A DNA stretch of 46,550 nucleotides from Spartobacteria bacterium. GTDB taxonomy: Bacteria; Verrucomicrobiota; Verrucomicrobiia; Chthoniobacterales; Terrimicrobiaceae. The stretch's first letter is position 1, and each line of letters begins with the position of its first letter. The DNA lies in assembly GCA_947499885.1 (NCBI GenBank), contig CANMQB010000001.1, positions 1 to 46,550 of the forward strand. The letters run 5' to 3'. Shown here piece by piece: positions 1 to 8,188 of the stretch. The position numbers were made by a program, and so were the translations under genes. The notes beneath the pieces were generated by a model, which was not told where the DNA came from, did no database searches, and was given only the letters and a program-made list of their open reading frames with translations.

Positions 1-129
1 AAACTGAAAAAGCGGCGTTCCTGGTTGCAGTATGCGCTCGGTGGAGAAGCGCCACCGGTGGGTTGTGCCGACAAAGACGGCCAAGGCGACGGCGACGAGG
101 AGAAGCAGAAATGTTGAAAGCCGGTTCAT
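1..129 (-). CDS. Hypothetical membrane-anchored protein, 5' end only (the gene runs off the left edge). Its position matches the DUF4340-type partner often found after GldG-like genes.
   Basis: ATG at 129..127 overlaps the TGA of the upstream gene (ATGA). The reverse-strand translation MNRLSTFLLLLVAVALAVFVGTTHRWRF... gives an N-terminal hydrophobic helix and stays open to position 1. The family guess rests on operon context only. Confidence 0.45.
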   Translation of the reverse strand, partial: MNRLSTFLLLLVAVALAVFVGTTHRWRFSTERILQPGTPLFQF

Positions 130-1589
130 GCGCGGCGTCGCAACCAAACGAAAAGTCCAAGTAAAGCAGCAAGTGCGGGAAGTCCAAAAATGACAACCAG
201 CGTGAGGCGGGAAAGTTGCTCATCCGTGAGCTGAAGCGTGAAGCGGGTCGCATTTTTTGGGGTGATACCGCTCACTGTGCTGCGATCAATAAGTGCGTTG
301 ATAGAACCAACGAGAAGATCAAGGCCAGGGCGGTTGAGTCCGGTATTGAAAGCAAATTGGGAGGAGCCCATGACGATGAGGCGTGAGCTTTGCACTCCGA
401 CTCTGTCGTTTTCCACGGCATCCCGGTCGGCTGAGGCCGCGATGATGATCGGTTGACCATTGTCGATGCCATCTTGGTAAGCGACTCCAGCGGGTTGGTT
501 GGGAAGGTAGGCGGTTTCTCCCCAGAATTCCTCGGCAGCCTCGACCAGCGGTCGAATCCGAATCTTTTCCTGTTCTGCAAGTTTTTGGTTAAATGCGAGG
601 GATTGCGTTGCACCCGGGAAAAGGATGTTCATTCCCTCCAGACGCCGGGTGATTTCTGTGTTTGGAAGGACGTGTGCGGTTACATCTCGAAGGATGCCGG
701 TTGCGAGTGGGAGTTGGATGAGTCGCAGTACGCGGTCATCGCGAACGGTTATACCAGAGTTTTCAAGAAGGGAGTGGAGTCGCGGGGTGGGTGAATTGGG
801 ATCCAGAAGTACCAGCATTTTGCCGCCCTTGCGCAGCCAGGCTCCGATAACTGCCGCCTCGCGCTCCTCCAGGTCAGATTTGGGCGCGATGAGAATGAGA
901 GCAGAGGCATCCACAGGGATTGCATCGGATGACGAAAGGGAAAGGGATTTGACGAGCGCATTTTGTTGAGCGATCGCCTCCACGAGATGAGAAAGGTCGC
1001 GCTCGGGTGAGGGCTCGCCGTGGCCATCTATAAAATATACGATTTCCGAATCTGGCTTGAGAAGGGCAAGTAGATTGCTTGTGAGAACCTGCTCTCCTCG
1101 GAAAGCGCGCAGGATCGGTTGTCCTCCTTGGGCCAAGGGGGAGAGGTCGAAGTCACCCATCTCGGCAATACTCAAGAGGCGATGGCGTCCATCGTAGTCG
1201 AGGATGAGGAGGTTATCCAAACTGGTGAGCTTGTATTTCGCTTGGAGATCCTGAATGCGGGAAAGATTCCGCGTGGGGTCCACGTATTCGACTCGGAGGC
1301 CTTCGCGCTTGTTGAAGAGAACCTCGTTCATGAGGCTTCGCAAGTCGCCGAAAATCTGGCTTACAGGAGATAGGAAGGTGGGGGAGGATACCACGATGAT
1401 CTCGAGTGGTTTTTTACATTCCTTAAGCACTGAGCGAGTCTGCCCTGCGAGCGAGAATTTCTGGGAGCGAGAAAAATCTCGTCGCTCGTAGTGAACAAAG
1501 CCTAGGTAGTTTACCAAGACGTATATGACCAAAACGGCTGCAATTTGCAGGCTAATGCTCACTTTGATCCCTGTTCGTTGAGGCGTCAT
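126..1589 (-). CDS. GldG-like ABC transporter auxiliary component (ABC_transp_aux family)
   Basis: It has an N-terminal TM helix (VSISLQIAAVLVIYVLVNYLGF), a large soluble domain and a C-terminal TM anchor (LTLVVIFGLPALAALLGLFVWLRRRA), and it follows an ABC-2 permease and ATPase. The ORF-track start at 1598 is TTG. The ATG at 1589 forms an ATGA overlap with the permease stop (1586-1588), so I call 1589. Confidence 0.8.
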   Translation of the reverse strand: MTPQRTGIKVSISLQIAAVLVIYVLVNYLGFVHYERRDFSRSQKFSLAGQTRSVLKECKKPLEIIVVSSPTFLSPVSQIFGDLRSLMNEVLFNKREGLRVEYVDPTRNLSRIQDLQAKYKLTSLDNLLILDYDGRHRLLSIAEMGDFDLSPLAQGGQPILRAFRGEQVLTSNLLALLKPDSEIVYFIDGHGEPSPERDLSHLVEAIAQQNALVKSLSLSSSDAIPVDASALILIAPKSDLEEREAAVIGAWLRKGGKMLVLLDPNSPTPRLHSLLENSGITVRDDRVLRLIQLPLATGILRDVTAHVLPNTEITRRLEGMNILFPGATQSLAFNQKLAEQEKIRIRPLVEAAEEFWGETAYLPNQPAGVAYQDGIDNGQPIIIAASADRDAVENDRVGVQSSRLIVMGSSQFAFNTGLNRPGLDLLVGSINALIDRSTVSGITPKNATRFTLQLTDEQLSRLTLVVIFGLPALAALLGLFVWLRRRA

Positions 1590-2341
1590 GATTTCCAACG
1601 TCGGTATTGAAAAATATGAAAGGTAGCGAACAAGACGAGCAGGGTGGAGCTCACGTAAAAGACAATCGGTCGCGTGTCAAAAAGACCCTGTGAGAAATCC
1701 ACCATGTGCTCAACTGGGGAAAAGTAATAAGTCAACTCGCCCAGGAAAGAGCCTGTGGATGGTAAGAGAAAGGAAAGGAGCCCAAGAAAAAAGAATCCTA
1801 AAATTGCTGCAAACGAGATGATAGCCGCGACGATCTGGTTGTCTGTGAGGGCCGATGCTAAGCATCCGATCGCCGTAAAAAGAAGGCCCATTAGAAGAAG
1901 CATCGCATAGGCTCCGGTATAACTCCCCACGGCACCCGCTGCGTTTACGCCTGTAATCTTTTGAAAAGCGACGAAGTAGAGCAGACTTGGGGCCCAGAGG
2001 ATGATGTAGAAAAACAAGCACCCTCCGTACTTCGCAAAGACGACCTGGGTGTCCCGCACCGGAGCGGTCATCAGGGTTTCAATGGTGCCCATCTTTGCCT
2101 CCTCGGCGAAGACTCTCATCGTGATCAGCGGAAAGACGAGTACGAAGGGGAACCAAAAATACACGGTATTAAAAAAAGCCTGAACCATTGTCACTGTACC
2201 GGGTCCGGTATTCAGAAGCGTGACGCCTGCTTGGAAATTGAACCCCGTAACGATGAGGAAAAAGAAGAGCACCACGTAGGCCAGGGGTTGGTGAAACGCG
2301 CTGGAGATTTCTCGGCTGAGTAAAATAAAAAATCGTCTCAC
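1586..2341 (-). CDS. ABC-2 type transporter permease (GldF-like)
   Basis: The polytopic membrane sequence begins at RRFFILLSREISSAFHQPLAYVVLFFFLIVTGF. The 341-aa ORF-track model overlaps the ATPase gene by 266 bp. A GTG at 2341..2339 lies 4 nt after the ATPase stop and precedes the first TM helix, giving about 251 aa, typical for the family. Confidence 0.8.
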   Translation of the reverse strand: MRRFFILLSREISSAFHQPLAYVVLFFFLIVTGFNFQAGVTLLNTGPGTVTMVQAFFNTVYFWFPFVLVFPLITMRVFAEEAKMGTIETLMTAPVRDTQVVFAKYGGCLFFYIILWAPSLLYFVAFQKITGVNAAGAVGSYTGAYAMLLLMGLLFTAIGCLASALTDNQIVAAIISFAAILGFFFLGLLSFLLPSTGSFLGELTYYFSPVEHMVDFSQGLFDTRPIVFYVSSTLLVLFATFHIFQYRRWKS

Positions 2342-2345
2342 GTTG

Positions 2346-3284
2346 TTATGCCTCCTCTCCGCTTGTGACTTGGGCAAAAACCTGCTCGAGCGAGACAGGT
2401 GGGCGGCTGATCTCGCGGACTCTCCATTTGTTTTCGACCGCGTGCCGATACAGAGATTCTCTGGGGTCGTGATCTGGAGCAGCTTGAATGGTAAAAATAG
2501 TCCACTCGCCATCTGCACGGTGGGATACGCTTTGAACGGACTCGAGAAGGCGCAAATTGGAGGCTGCGATGCGTGCATCCGGTACGATGGCATCAAAAAG
2601 AATATGCCCACGCTGGCCGAGGTGGGCGCGCAGGTTTTGCGGAGTATCGAGTGCTTCGATGCGGCCTCTGTTGATAATGATCACTCGTGAGCAGAGCATT
2701 TCCACTTCGGGTAGAATATGTGTTGAGAGAAGGATCGTGTGGTGACGGCGCAGATTTCGGATCAATTCTCGGACTAGGCGGATTTGATTCGGATCGAGTC
2801 CGATGGTGGGTTCATCCAAGATGAGGAGGTCGGGTTCGTGACTCATTGCATCTGCCAAGCCCACGCGCTGGCGGTAGCCTTTGGAGAGTTGGCCGATGAG
2901 TTTTTTCTCCACGTCCTTGAGAGCGCAGAGTTCGAGGACATCGCCCACGCGTTCCTTTAGGCGGCGACTGGGAACACCTTTCAGCGCGGCCCGGTAGCGA
3001 AGAAACTCGTTGACCCGCATATCCGTGTAGAGGGGGACATTCTCCGGCATGTAGCCTATGTGTTCACGGGCGCGTAAGGAATCCTTAAAAACATCGAAAT
3101 TTGCAACTTGGGCTCGGCCCGATGTGGGTGGAAGAAATCCAGAAAGCATTCGCATCGTGGTGCTTTTTCCGGCTCCATTCGGGCCTAGGAATCCCACGAT
3201 TTCCCCCTTATTCACTTCAAAGTCGATCCCATCCACGGCGGTGAATCCGCCAAAGCGCTTGGTGAGTTTTTCGACCTTGATCAT
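2346..3284 (-). CDS. ABC transporter ATP-binding protein (GldA-like, ABC-2 subfamily)
   Basis: Walker A is GPNGAGKST, the ABC signature is LSKGYRQR and Walker B is LLILDEP. ATG start at 3284. Confidence 0.92.
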   Translation of the reverse strand: MIKVEKLTKRFGGFTAVDGIDFEVNKGEIVGFLGPNGAGKSTTMRMLSGFLPPTSGRAQVANFDVFKDSLRAREHIGYMPENVPLYTDMRVNEFLRYRAALKGVPSRRLKERVGDVLELCALKDVEKKLIGQLSKGYRQRVGLADAMSHEPDLLILDEPTIGLDPNQIRLVRELIRNLRRHHTILLSTHILPEVEMLCSRVIIINRGRIEALDTPQNLRAHLGQRGHILFDAIVPDARIAASNLRLLESVQSVSHRADGEWTIFTIQAAPDHDPRESLYRHAVENKWRVREISRPPVSLEQVFAQVTSGEEA

Positions 3285-3443
3285 CTGTCGGGTATGTTAG
3301 CCGAACTTGGTTGCTCGGGGAAGAAAAAGCCTGCTTCGGTCCAAGATCGATTTGCCGTGCGACCAAGAGCCCTCCTTCCTTTTGAAGCGAACTCACGTCA
3401 CTCCAAGGCGCTTGCTTTTCAGCAGGGCATCTCTTGGAAAAAA

Positions 3444-4310
3444 CTAACCGAGGGCCAGCTGGGCAGTAGCGATTTCGAGAATCTCGTTTGTGATGCTTGC
3501 CTGACGAGCCTTGTTGTATTCGAGAGTGAGATCTTTGACCAAGCTCTTGGCATTGTCGGTGGCGCTTTTCATCGCGACCATGCGGGCACTTTGCTCAGAT
3601 GCACGCGTGCCAAGTTGTGTTTGGTAGGCAATATAATGCACATACGCAGGTAGGATAGCATCCAAGACGGCCTGAGGATTTGGCTCAAACGTCATGCCAC
3701 CCTCTAGTTTCGGAAGCGGTGCGTAGTTAGTCTTGATGCCAACTTCCTCAAGGCTGGTGATGGGAAGGATCGGAAGAGCTGTTGGAACCTGCGAAAGGGT
3801 ATTAACGAATCGTGGGTACAGGATCGTTACTTTATCCACGGTGCCATCGAGGAATTTATCGATGCAAAATTTAGAAAACTGTTTGCATTGAGCGAAGGTC
3901 GGGCGCTCGGCGAGGGGAAAATCAGCAATCATATTCCGCCTTGTGCGAGCGAGGAATTGAGTCCCTTTGCGGCCAATGCTTACGAATTGCGTGCGAGTCG
4001 GATCAAACGTCAAAACTTCACGGAGGATATTTGTGTTGAGTGCTCCGCAGAGGCCCTTATCGGTGGACATGAGGATGACCAACTCATTTTTGACCTCGCG
4101 ATGTTGGAGGAGCGGGTGCAAGGTCTCCTCCACGGCATCGCGCACGGAGACAATAACGCTGTTTAGCAGTTGGGCATAGTCGCGACCATTGAGCGCGGCT
4201 TGCTGGGCCTTACGCATCTTGGAGGCCGCGACCATCTGCATGGCTTTTGTAATCTGAGCCGTATTTTTTACCGACTTGATGCGTCGGCGGATGTCGCGAA
4301 GGTTGGCCAT
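3444..4310 (-). CDS. atpG: F0F1 ATP synthase subunit gamma
   Basis: N-terminus MANLRDIRRRIKSVKNTAQITKAMQMVAASKMRKAQ and C-terminus NKARQASITNEILEI are both canonical gamma motifs. It follows atpA. Confidence 0.96.
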   Translation of the reverse strand: MANLRDIRRRIKSVKNTAQITKAMQMVAASKMRKAQQAALNGRDYAQLLNSVIVSVRDAVEETLHPLLQHREVKNELVILMSTDKGLCGALNTNILREVLTFDPTRTQFVSIGRKGTQFLARTRRNMIADFPLAERPTFAQCKQFSKFCIDKFLDGTVDKVTILYPRFVNTLSQVPTALPILPITSLEEVGIKTNYAPLPKLEGGMTFEPNPQAVLDAILPAYVHYIAYQTQLGTRASEQSARMVAMKSATDNAKSLVKDLTLEYNKARQASITNEILEIATAQLALG

Positions 4311-4316
4311 CGGATT

Positions 4317-5855
4317 TTACAGATTGTTCGCCAATTTAAAATCTTCGAGAGCGGCCTTGAGCTCCTTCTCGACCTCTTCATCAAACATGCGTTTTTTACC
4401 AAGCTTCTCCAGCAGGGATGATTTGCGTGTTTCGATGAAATCGACAAATTTGTTTTGTATTTCTTTAACTTTATCCACTGGGATCGGGTCAAAGAGACCC
4501 TTTTGCATGGACCACAGAATGATAGCCTGCATTTCGACGGCAGTCGGATTGTATTGAGGTTGTTTAAAAAGCTCCACAATGCGTGCGCCGCGCTCGAGAG
4601 TCGCCTTGGTTTTGGCATCGAGGTCGGAGCCGAATTGGGCAAATGCTGCCAATTCGCGATACTGGGCGAGGTCGCCCTTGATCTTACCGGCCACTTGTTT
4701 CATTGCCTTAATTTGAGCGGCTGAACCTACGCGTGAAACCGAGAGACCGACCGAAATGGCAGGTCGGATACCTTGGTAGAACAAGTCGGTTTCGAGGTAG
4801 ATCTGACCGTCTGTGATCGAGATGACGTTAGTCGGGATGTAGGCGGACACGTCCCCGGCTTGGGTTTCAATAATCGGAAGCGCGGTGAGGGAACCATCGC
4901 CAAAATCCTTGTCCAACCGGGCCGAGCGCTCCAGCAAGCGGCTGTGTAGGTAGAAAACGTCTCCCGGATAGGCCTCACGGCCTGATGGGCGCTTGAGGAG
5001 GAGGGAAATCTGGCGGTATGCATTCGCGTGCTTGGTGAGGTCGTCAAAAACGATGAGCGCATCCATCCCGTTGTCCATAAACCATTCACCCATGGCAGCG
5101 CCGGCAAATGGAGCAATGTAAAGGTCGGCTGCGGGATCCGAAGCTGTCGCTGCGACAATGATCGTGTATTTGAGAGCGTCATTGGCTTCCAAGGTGCTCA
5201 CAACACGGGCGATATTTGCGTTTTTTTGCCCGATTCCTACATAGATGGAATAAAGCGGGCGGAAATTGGGGTCGCCAGCCTGCTCTGCAGCCCGGTTGAT
5301 CTTGGCTTGGTTAATGATGGTATCGATGGCAATGGTGGTCTTGCCAGTGGCTCGGTCACCAATGATGAGTTCGCGCTGTCCGCGGCCAACGGGAATCATG
5401 GCGTCCACACTCATGATGCCGGTCTGTACCGGCTGGCTCACTGGGCGGCGTTTGATGATGCCGGGGGCGATTTTTTCAACGGGGTAGGTCTTCTCGTGAG
5501 GGATCGGACCTTTGCCATCAATAGGACGACCAAGTGCATCCACGACGCGGCCGAGGAGGCCCTTGCCAACGGGAACAGAGAGGAGTTGGCCGGTGGTCCT
5601 GACCTCCGCACCTTCGCTGATTTTCGTGTAGTCGCCGAGAACGATAACGCCGACCTCTGTTTCTTCAAGGTTCAGAGCGATACCGGTGACTCCACCTTGA
5701 AATTCAACCATTTCATTGAGTCTTACGGCGCTGAGGCCTTCGACGCGTGCGATGCCGTCGCCGATTTCACGGACGGTACCGACGTTGGTTTGGCGGGCGG
5801 CGTCGCTTTTAACCGCGCCGATTTTTTCTTCGAGTTCGAGGACAATATTGCTCAT
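4317..5855 (-). CDS. atpA: F0F1 ATP synthase subunit alpha
   Basis: P-loop GDRATGKT, plus the ELIIGDR and [15 protein letters not shown] motifs. 512 aa. Confidence 0.98.
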   Translation of the reverse strand: MSNIVLELEEKIGAVKSDAARQTNVGTVREIGDGIARVEGLSAVRLNEMVEFQGGVTGIALNLEETEVGVIVLGDYTKISEGAEVRTTGQLLSVPVGKGLLGRVVDALGRPIDGKGPIPHEKTYPVEKIAPGIIKRRPVSQPVQTGIMSVDAMIPVGRGQRELIIGDRATGKTTIAIDTIINQAKINRAAEQAGDPNFRPLYSIYVGIGQKNANIARVVSTLEANDALKYTIIVAATASDPAADLYIAPFAGAAMGEWFMDNGMDALIVFDDLTKHANAYRQISLLLKRPSGREAYPGDVFYLHSRLLERSARLDKDFGDGSLTALPIIETQAGDVSAYIPTNVISITDGQIYLETDLFYQGIRPAISVGLSVSRVGSAAQIKAMKQVAGKIKGDLAQYRELAAFAQFGSDLDAKTKATLERGARIVELFKQPQYNPTAVEMQAIILWSMQKGLFDPIPVDKVKEIQNKFVDFIETRKSSLLEKLGKKRMFDEEVEKELKAALEDFKLANNL

Positions 5856-5867
5856 GTGAGTGGTAAA

Positions 5868-6254
5868 TCAGGATTGTTTAAGTGATTCGAGGCGGGACAG
5901 AATACTTCCATCCCAGACATTGCTGCCGAGTTGAATGCGCAGCCCGCCGATGAGGGCGGGGGCGTGGCGGAATTCGGTGGTGATTTTGCCGAATTTGGCT
6001 GTGAGGTTGGTGGTGACATCGTGCCGTTGGGTTTCGGAGAGAGTTGTGGCACTTTCGACGATTGCATGGTGGCGGGCTACTTCAAGGCGGGTCAGGCGGG
6101 TGATGAATTTGAGCATCTGGACATAATGACGCGGCTTTTTTTCGACGATTTCCGTGGCTATGGTGCGCAGGCGGTTTTCGTCGATCTCGCCGTTTACGAT
6201 CGACAGGTCAAATAATTCTTTGGATTGGCGGCGGGCTTCCCGGCTGAGTTTCAT
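5868..6254 (-). CDS. atpH: F0F1 ATP synthase subunit delta (OSCP), unusually short at 128 aa
   Basis: The C-terminus IGGLRIQLGSNVWDGSILSRLESLK matches the conserved delta C-terminal motif. The ATG at 6254 lies 10 nt downstream of the atpF stop. The rest of the 267-aa ORF-track model overlaps atpF out of frame and is not credible. Confidence 0.8.
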   Translation of the reverse strand: MKLSREARRQSKELFDLSIVNGEIDENRLRTIATEIVEKKPRHYVQMLKFITRLTRLEVARHHAIVESATTLSETQRHDVTTNLTAKFGKITTEFRHAPALIGGLRIQLGSNVWDGSILSRLESLKQS

Positions 6255-6264
6255 GGTGTAGGGA

Positions 6265-6774
6265 TCAGGCTGCGAGTTGTTTAGCAGTCTCGTTAGCGAG
6301 GCGCTCTTGGTCAGCTTCAGTGAGGACCTTGCCAACGACCTTGGTCGTTGTGTCCACCACGAGATGGAGCATTTCCTTTTTGACGTCAGCAACCATGCGG
6401 GCGCGTTCAAGCTCCACACTTTCGTTGGCCTTAACGATGATATTTTCAGCGTCTCTAATTGATTGTTGGAGATGTTTTTGGGAATTTGCTTCGCTCGATG
6501 AACGGCCTTCCTCAATGATGCGCTGTGCGTCGGTATTGGCCTTGCGTAGGATTTCTTGGCAGCGGATTTCGGATTCAGCGAGTTGTTTTTTAATTTTTTC
6601 TGCGTTTGCTTGTCCCTCTTCGATGATCCGGCGGCGGGCTTCAAAAATCTCAACAATTGGAGCAAATGCAAACTTTTTCAGGATCGCGTAAACAATAAGA
6701 AAGAGAATAACCTGAGCTAAGAATTTAGGCCAAGTAACTCCAAATTGTGCTAACAGCGTAGTGACAGTATCCAT
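6265..6774 (-). CDS. atpF: F0F1 ATP synthase subunit b
   Basis: A single N-terminal TM helix (FLAQVILFLIVYAILKKFAF) is followed by a long charged helix rich in A/E/K/R/Q. It sits between atpE and atpH. Confidence 0.88.
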   Translation of the reverse strand: MDTVTTLLAQFGVTWPKFLAQVILFLIVYAILKKFAFAPIVEIFEARRRIIEEGQANAEKIKKQLAESEIRCQEILRKANTDAQRIIEEGRSSSEANSQKHLQQSIRDAENIIVKANESVELERARMVADVKKEMLHLVVDTTTKVVGKVLTEADQERLANETAKQLAA

Positions 6775-6809
6775 GAAAATATATATCTATTGTATTTTGA
6801 AAATAGGGA

Positions 6810-6843
6810 CTGGGGTCGGCAGTTTTATTGCCGCCGACCCCAG
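6810..6843 (-). promoter_or_regulatory. Intra-operon RNA stem-loop immediately after atpE (mRNA stabiliser or partial terminator)
   Basis: On the minus strand CUGGGGUCGGC (12-nt loop) GCCGACCCCAG forms a perfect 11-bp GC-rich stem. It starts 8 nt after the atpE stop and is followed by UCCCUAUUUUC and an AT-rich spacer before atpF. Confidence 0.55.
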
Positions 6844-6851
6844 TGCGGTAA

Positions 6852-7094
6852 TTAGCGACCTCCGAAAGCGAGGATCAGAGCGTAAATGGCGATAGCCTCT
6901 GAGAGAGCCATGCCAATGATGCTCAGGGTGAGCACTTTTCCTGAGGCTCCAGGGTTGCGGCCAACGGCTTCTACGGCTTTAGCGCCGATCATTCCAATGC
7001 CAATGGCGGCGCCTGCACCTGCGATGGCAAGGGTGAAGCTACCGGTGATTCCGCCTGCTGTCGCGGCGGCTTCTGCGATGAGTTGTGGTATCAT
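6852..7094 (-). CDS. atpE: F0F1 ATP synthase subunit c
   Basis: An 80-aa hairpin proteolipid, MIPQLIAEAA...GIGMIGAKAVEAVGRNPGA...LSEAIAIYALILAF, with the loop R-N-P motif and a carboxylate (E) in helix 2. The ORF-track N-terminal extension to 7310 overlaps atpB and is rejected. Confidence 0.92.
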   Translation of the reverse strand: MIPQLIAEAAATAGGITGSFTLAIAGAGAAIGIGMIGAKAVEAVGRNPGASGKVLTLSIIGMALSEAIAIYALILAFGGR

Positions 7095-7159
7095 GATTAT
7101 GTATTGTTTGGTTTTCTTTCTGCTGCCCGCAGTCTTGCCACGGTCCCAGCGGAAAAATT

Positions 7160-8026
7160 CTAATGCTCTTCGCCTTCGTCGTGTGAAGTGGAGAGTTGGA
7201 TATAGACGGAGCAAAGGAGCATGAAAACCGCTGCTTGGAGAAGTCCGACTAAGAGTTCCAGAAAGTAAAAAGGAATCGGGATTGTCACCGACATGAGGTA
7301 AGAAGCCCAAGTTGGGAGATTCAACTGCTTGCCCAAAGTGATCATGGTGGTGAGAAGATTCTCGCCGGCGAACACGTTTCCGAAGAGTCGGAGAGACAGG
7401 GAAACCGGCCGGAATGCCATAGATACGACTTCAATGACGCCGACGAATAAAAATACAGGAATCAGCACGAGTGCCATGATTCCTGTTAGACCGCCTTTTA
7501 CTCCGAAGATGTGATTGAGGAAATTTTTAACCCCGACCTCGGTGAGTGACCAATAGAACCAGAAGATCATGAAGACCGTTGACATGGCGAGTGTCATGTT
7601 GAGGTCTGCTGTCGTGGGCCGCAGAAGCGGAATAAATTTCACTTCTTCCCCATTGGTCTTGTTTATGACTTCCCAGCCAATTGACCCGACGCCAGGGAGG
7701 AGGCCGAACCAGTTTGCGACGACGATGAAGATGAAGAGTGTGGCCAATAATGAGAACACGCGCGCCACCATATGGGCGCCGACGATACTCTCAATGAGGT
7801 CGTATAGGGTTTGGACGACGGCTTCGAAAAAGTTTTGAGTCGCTCCAGGGATGACTGACATGTTTTTCGTAGCTTTTCGAGCAAACCAGATGATGAAGAC
7901 TGAGACAATGGCGCTCACCAAGAGTGAGTTCGATAGCCAATCAAAAAATGGCGTGCCTCCACCTCCGAGAAAAATCGTCGGAGCATCAAGAGTCAACACA
8001 GAGGCTAGTAGCGGTGGAAGCAACAT
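7160..8026 (-). CDS. atpB: F0F1 ATP synthase subunit a
   Basis: A polytopic membrane protein with the conserved LSLRLFGNVFAGE motif (essential Arg). It is the first gene of the atp cluster. Confidence 0.93.
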   Translation of the reverse strand: MLLPPLLASVLTLDAPTIFLGGGGTPFFDWLSNSLLVSAIVSVFIIWFARKATKNMSVIPGATQNFFEAVVQTLYDLIESIVGAHMVARVFSLLATLFIFIVVANWFGLLPGVGSIGWEVINKTNGEEVKFIPLLRPTTADLNMTLAMSTVFMIFWFYWSLTEVGVKNFLNHIFGVKGGLTGIMALVLIPVFLFVGVIEVVSMAFRPVSLSLRLFGNVFAGENLLTTMITLGKQLNLPTWASYLMSVTIPIPFYFLELLVGLLQAAVFMLLCSVYIQLSTSHDEGEEH

Positions 8027-8188
8027 GATTGGTCAGCAGGTCAGGTTCTCAAAGTTGATACTGCCAAAGATGGGTGGTGCGGAAGCGCCAATTTGGTCTC
8101 TCAAAATTTGAAGACTGGTTATTTAGCACTCAGGAAAAATAAGGCAACCGCAAAGGCACGTCGGGACAAAAATTTCAACTGGGATGAA

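Noticed and set aside
3832-3840. Near-consensus DnaA boxes inside atp genes: TTATCCACG at 3832-3840 and TTATCCACT at 4471-4479.
   Set aside because: They are single, isolated one-mismatch 9-mers inside conserved coding sequence, consistent with chance occurrence. They are not clustered and have no AT-rich unwinding element nearby.
5028-5885. 285-aa ORF on the plus strand, antisense to atpA.
   Set aside because: It lies entirely inside the highly conserved atpA gene on the opposite strand. Its composition is low-complexity and Gly/Asp/Ala-rich, typical of a shadow ORF, and I see no independent motif or start context.
6255-6671. N-terminal extension of the atpH ORF (267-aa model) and the analogous extension of atpE to 7310.
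   Set aside because: The extensions overlap atpF and atpB out of frame, are Lys/Ser/Pro-rich nonsense-like sequence, and are unnecessary. Canonical N-termini with ATG starts are found at 6254 and 7094.
8120-8147. Possible sigma-70-type promoter for the atp operon (minus strand TTGCCT-N16-TAAATA).
   Set aside because: It is only a weak hexamer match found by eye in a 162-bp AT-leaning spacer. The lineage's promoter consensus is unknown, so the evidence is not strong enough to report as a feature.
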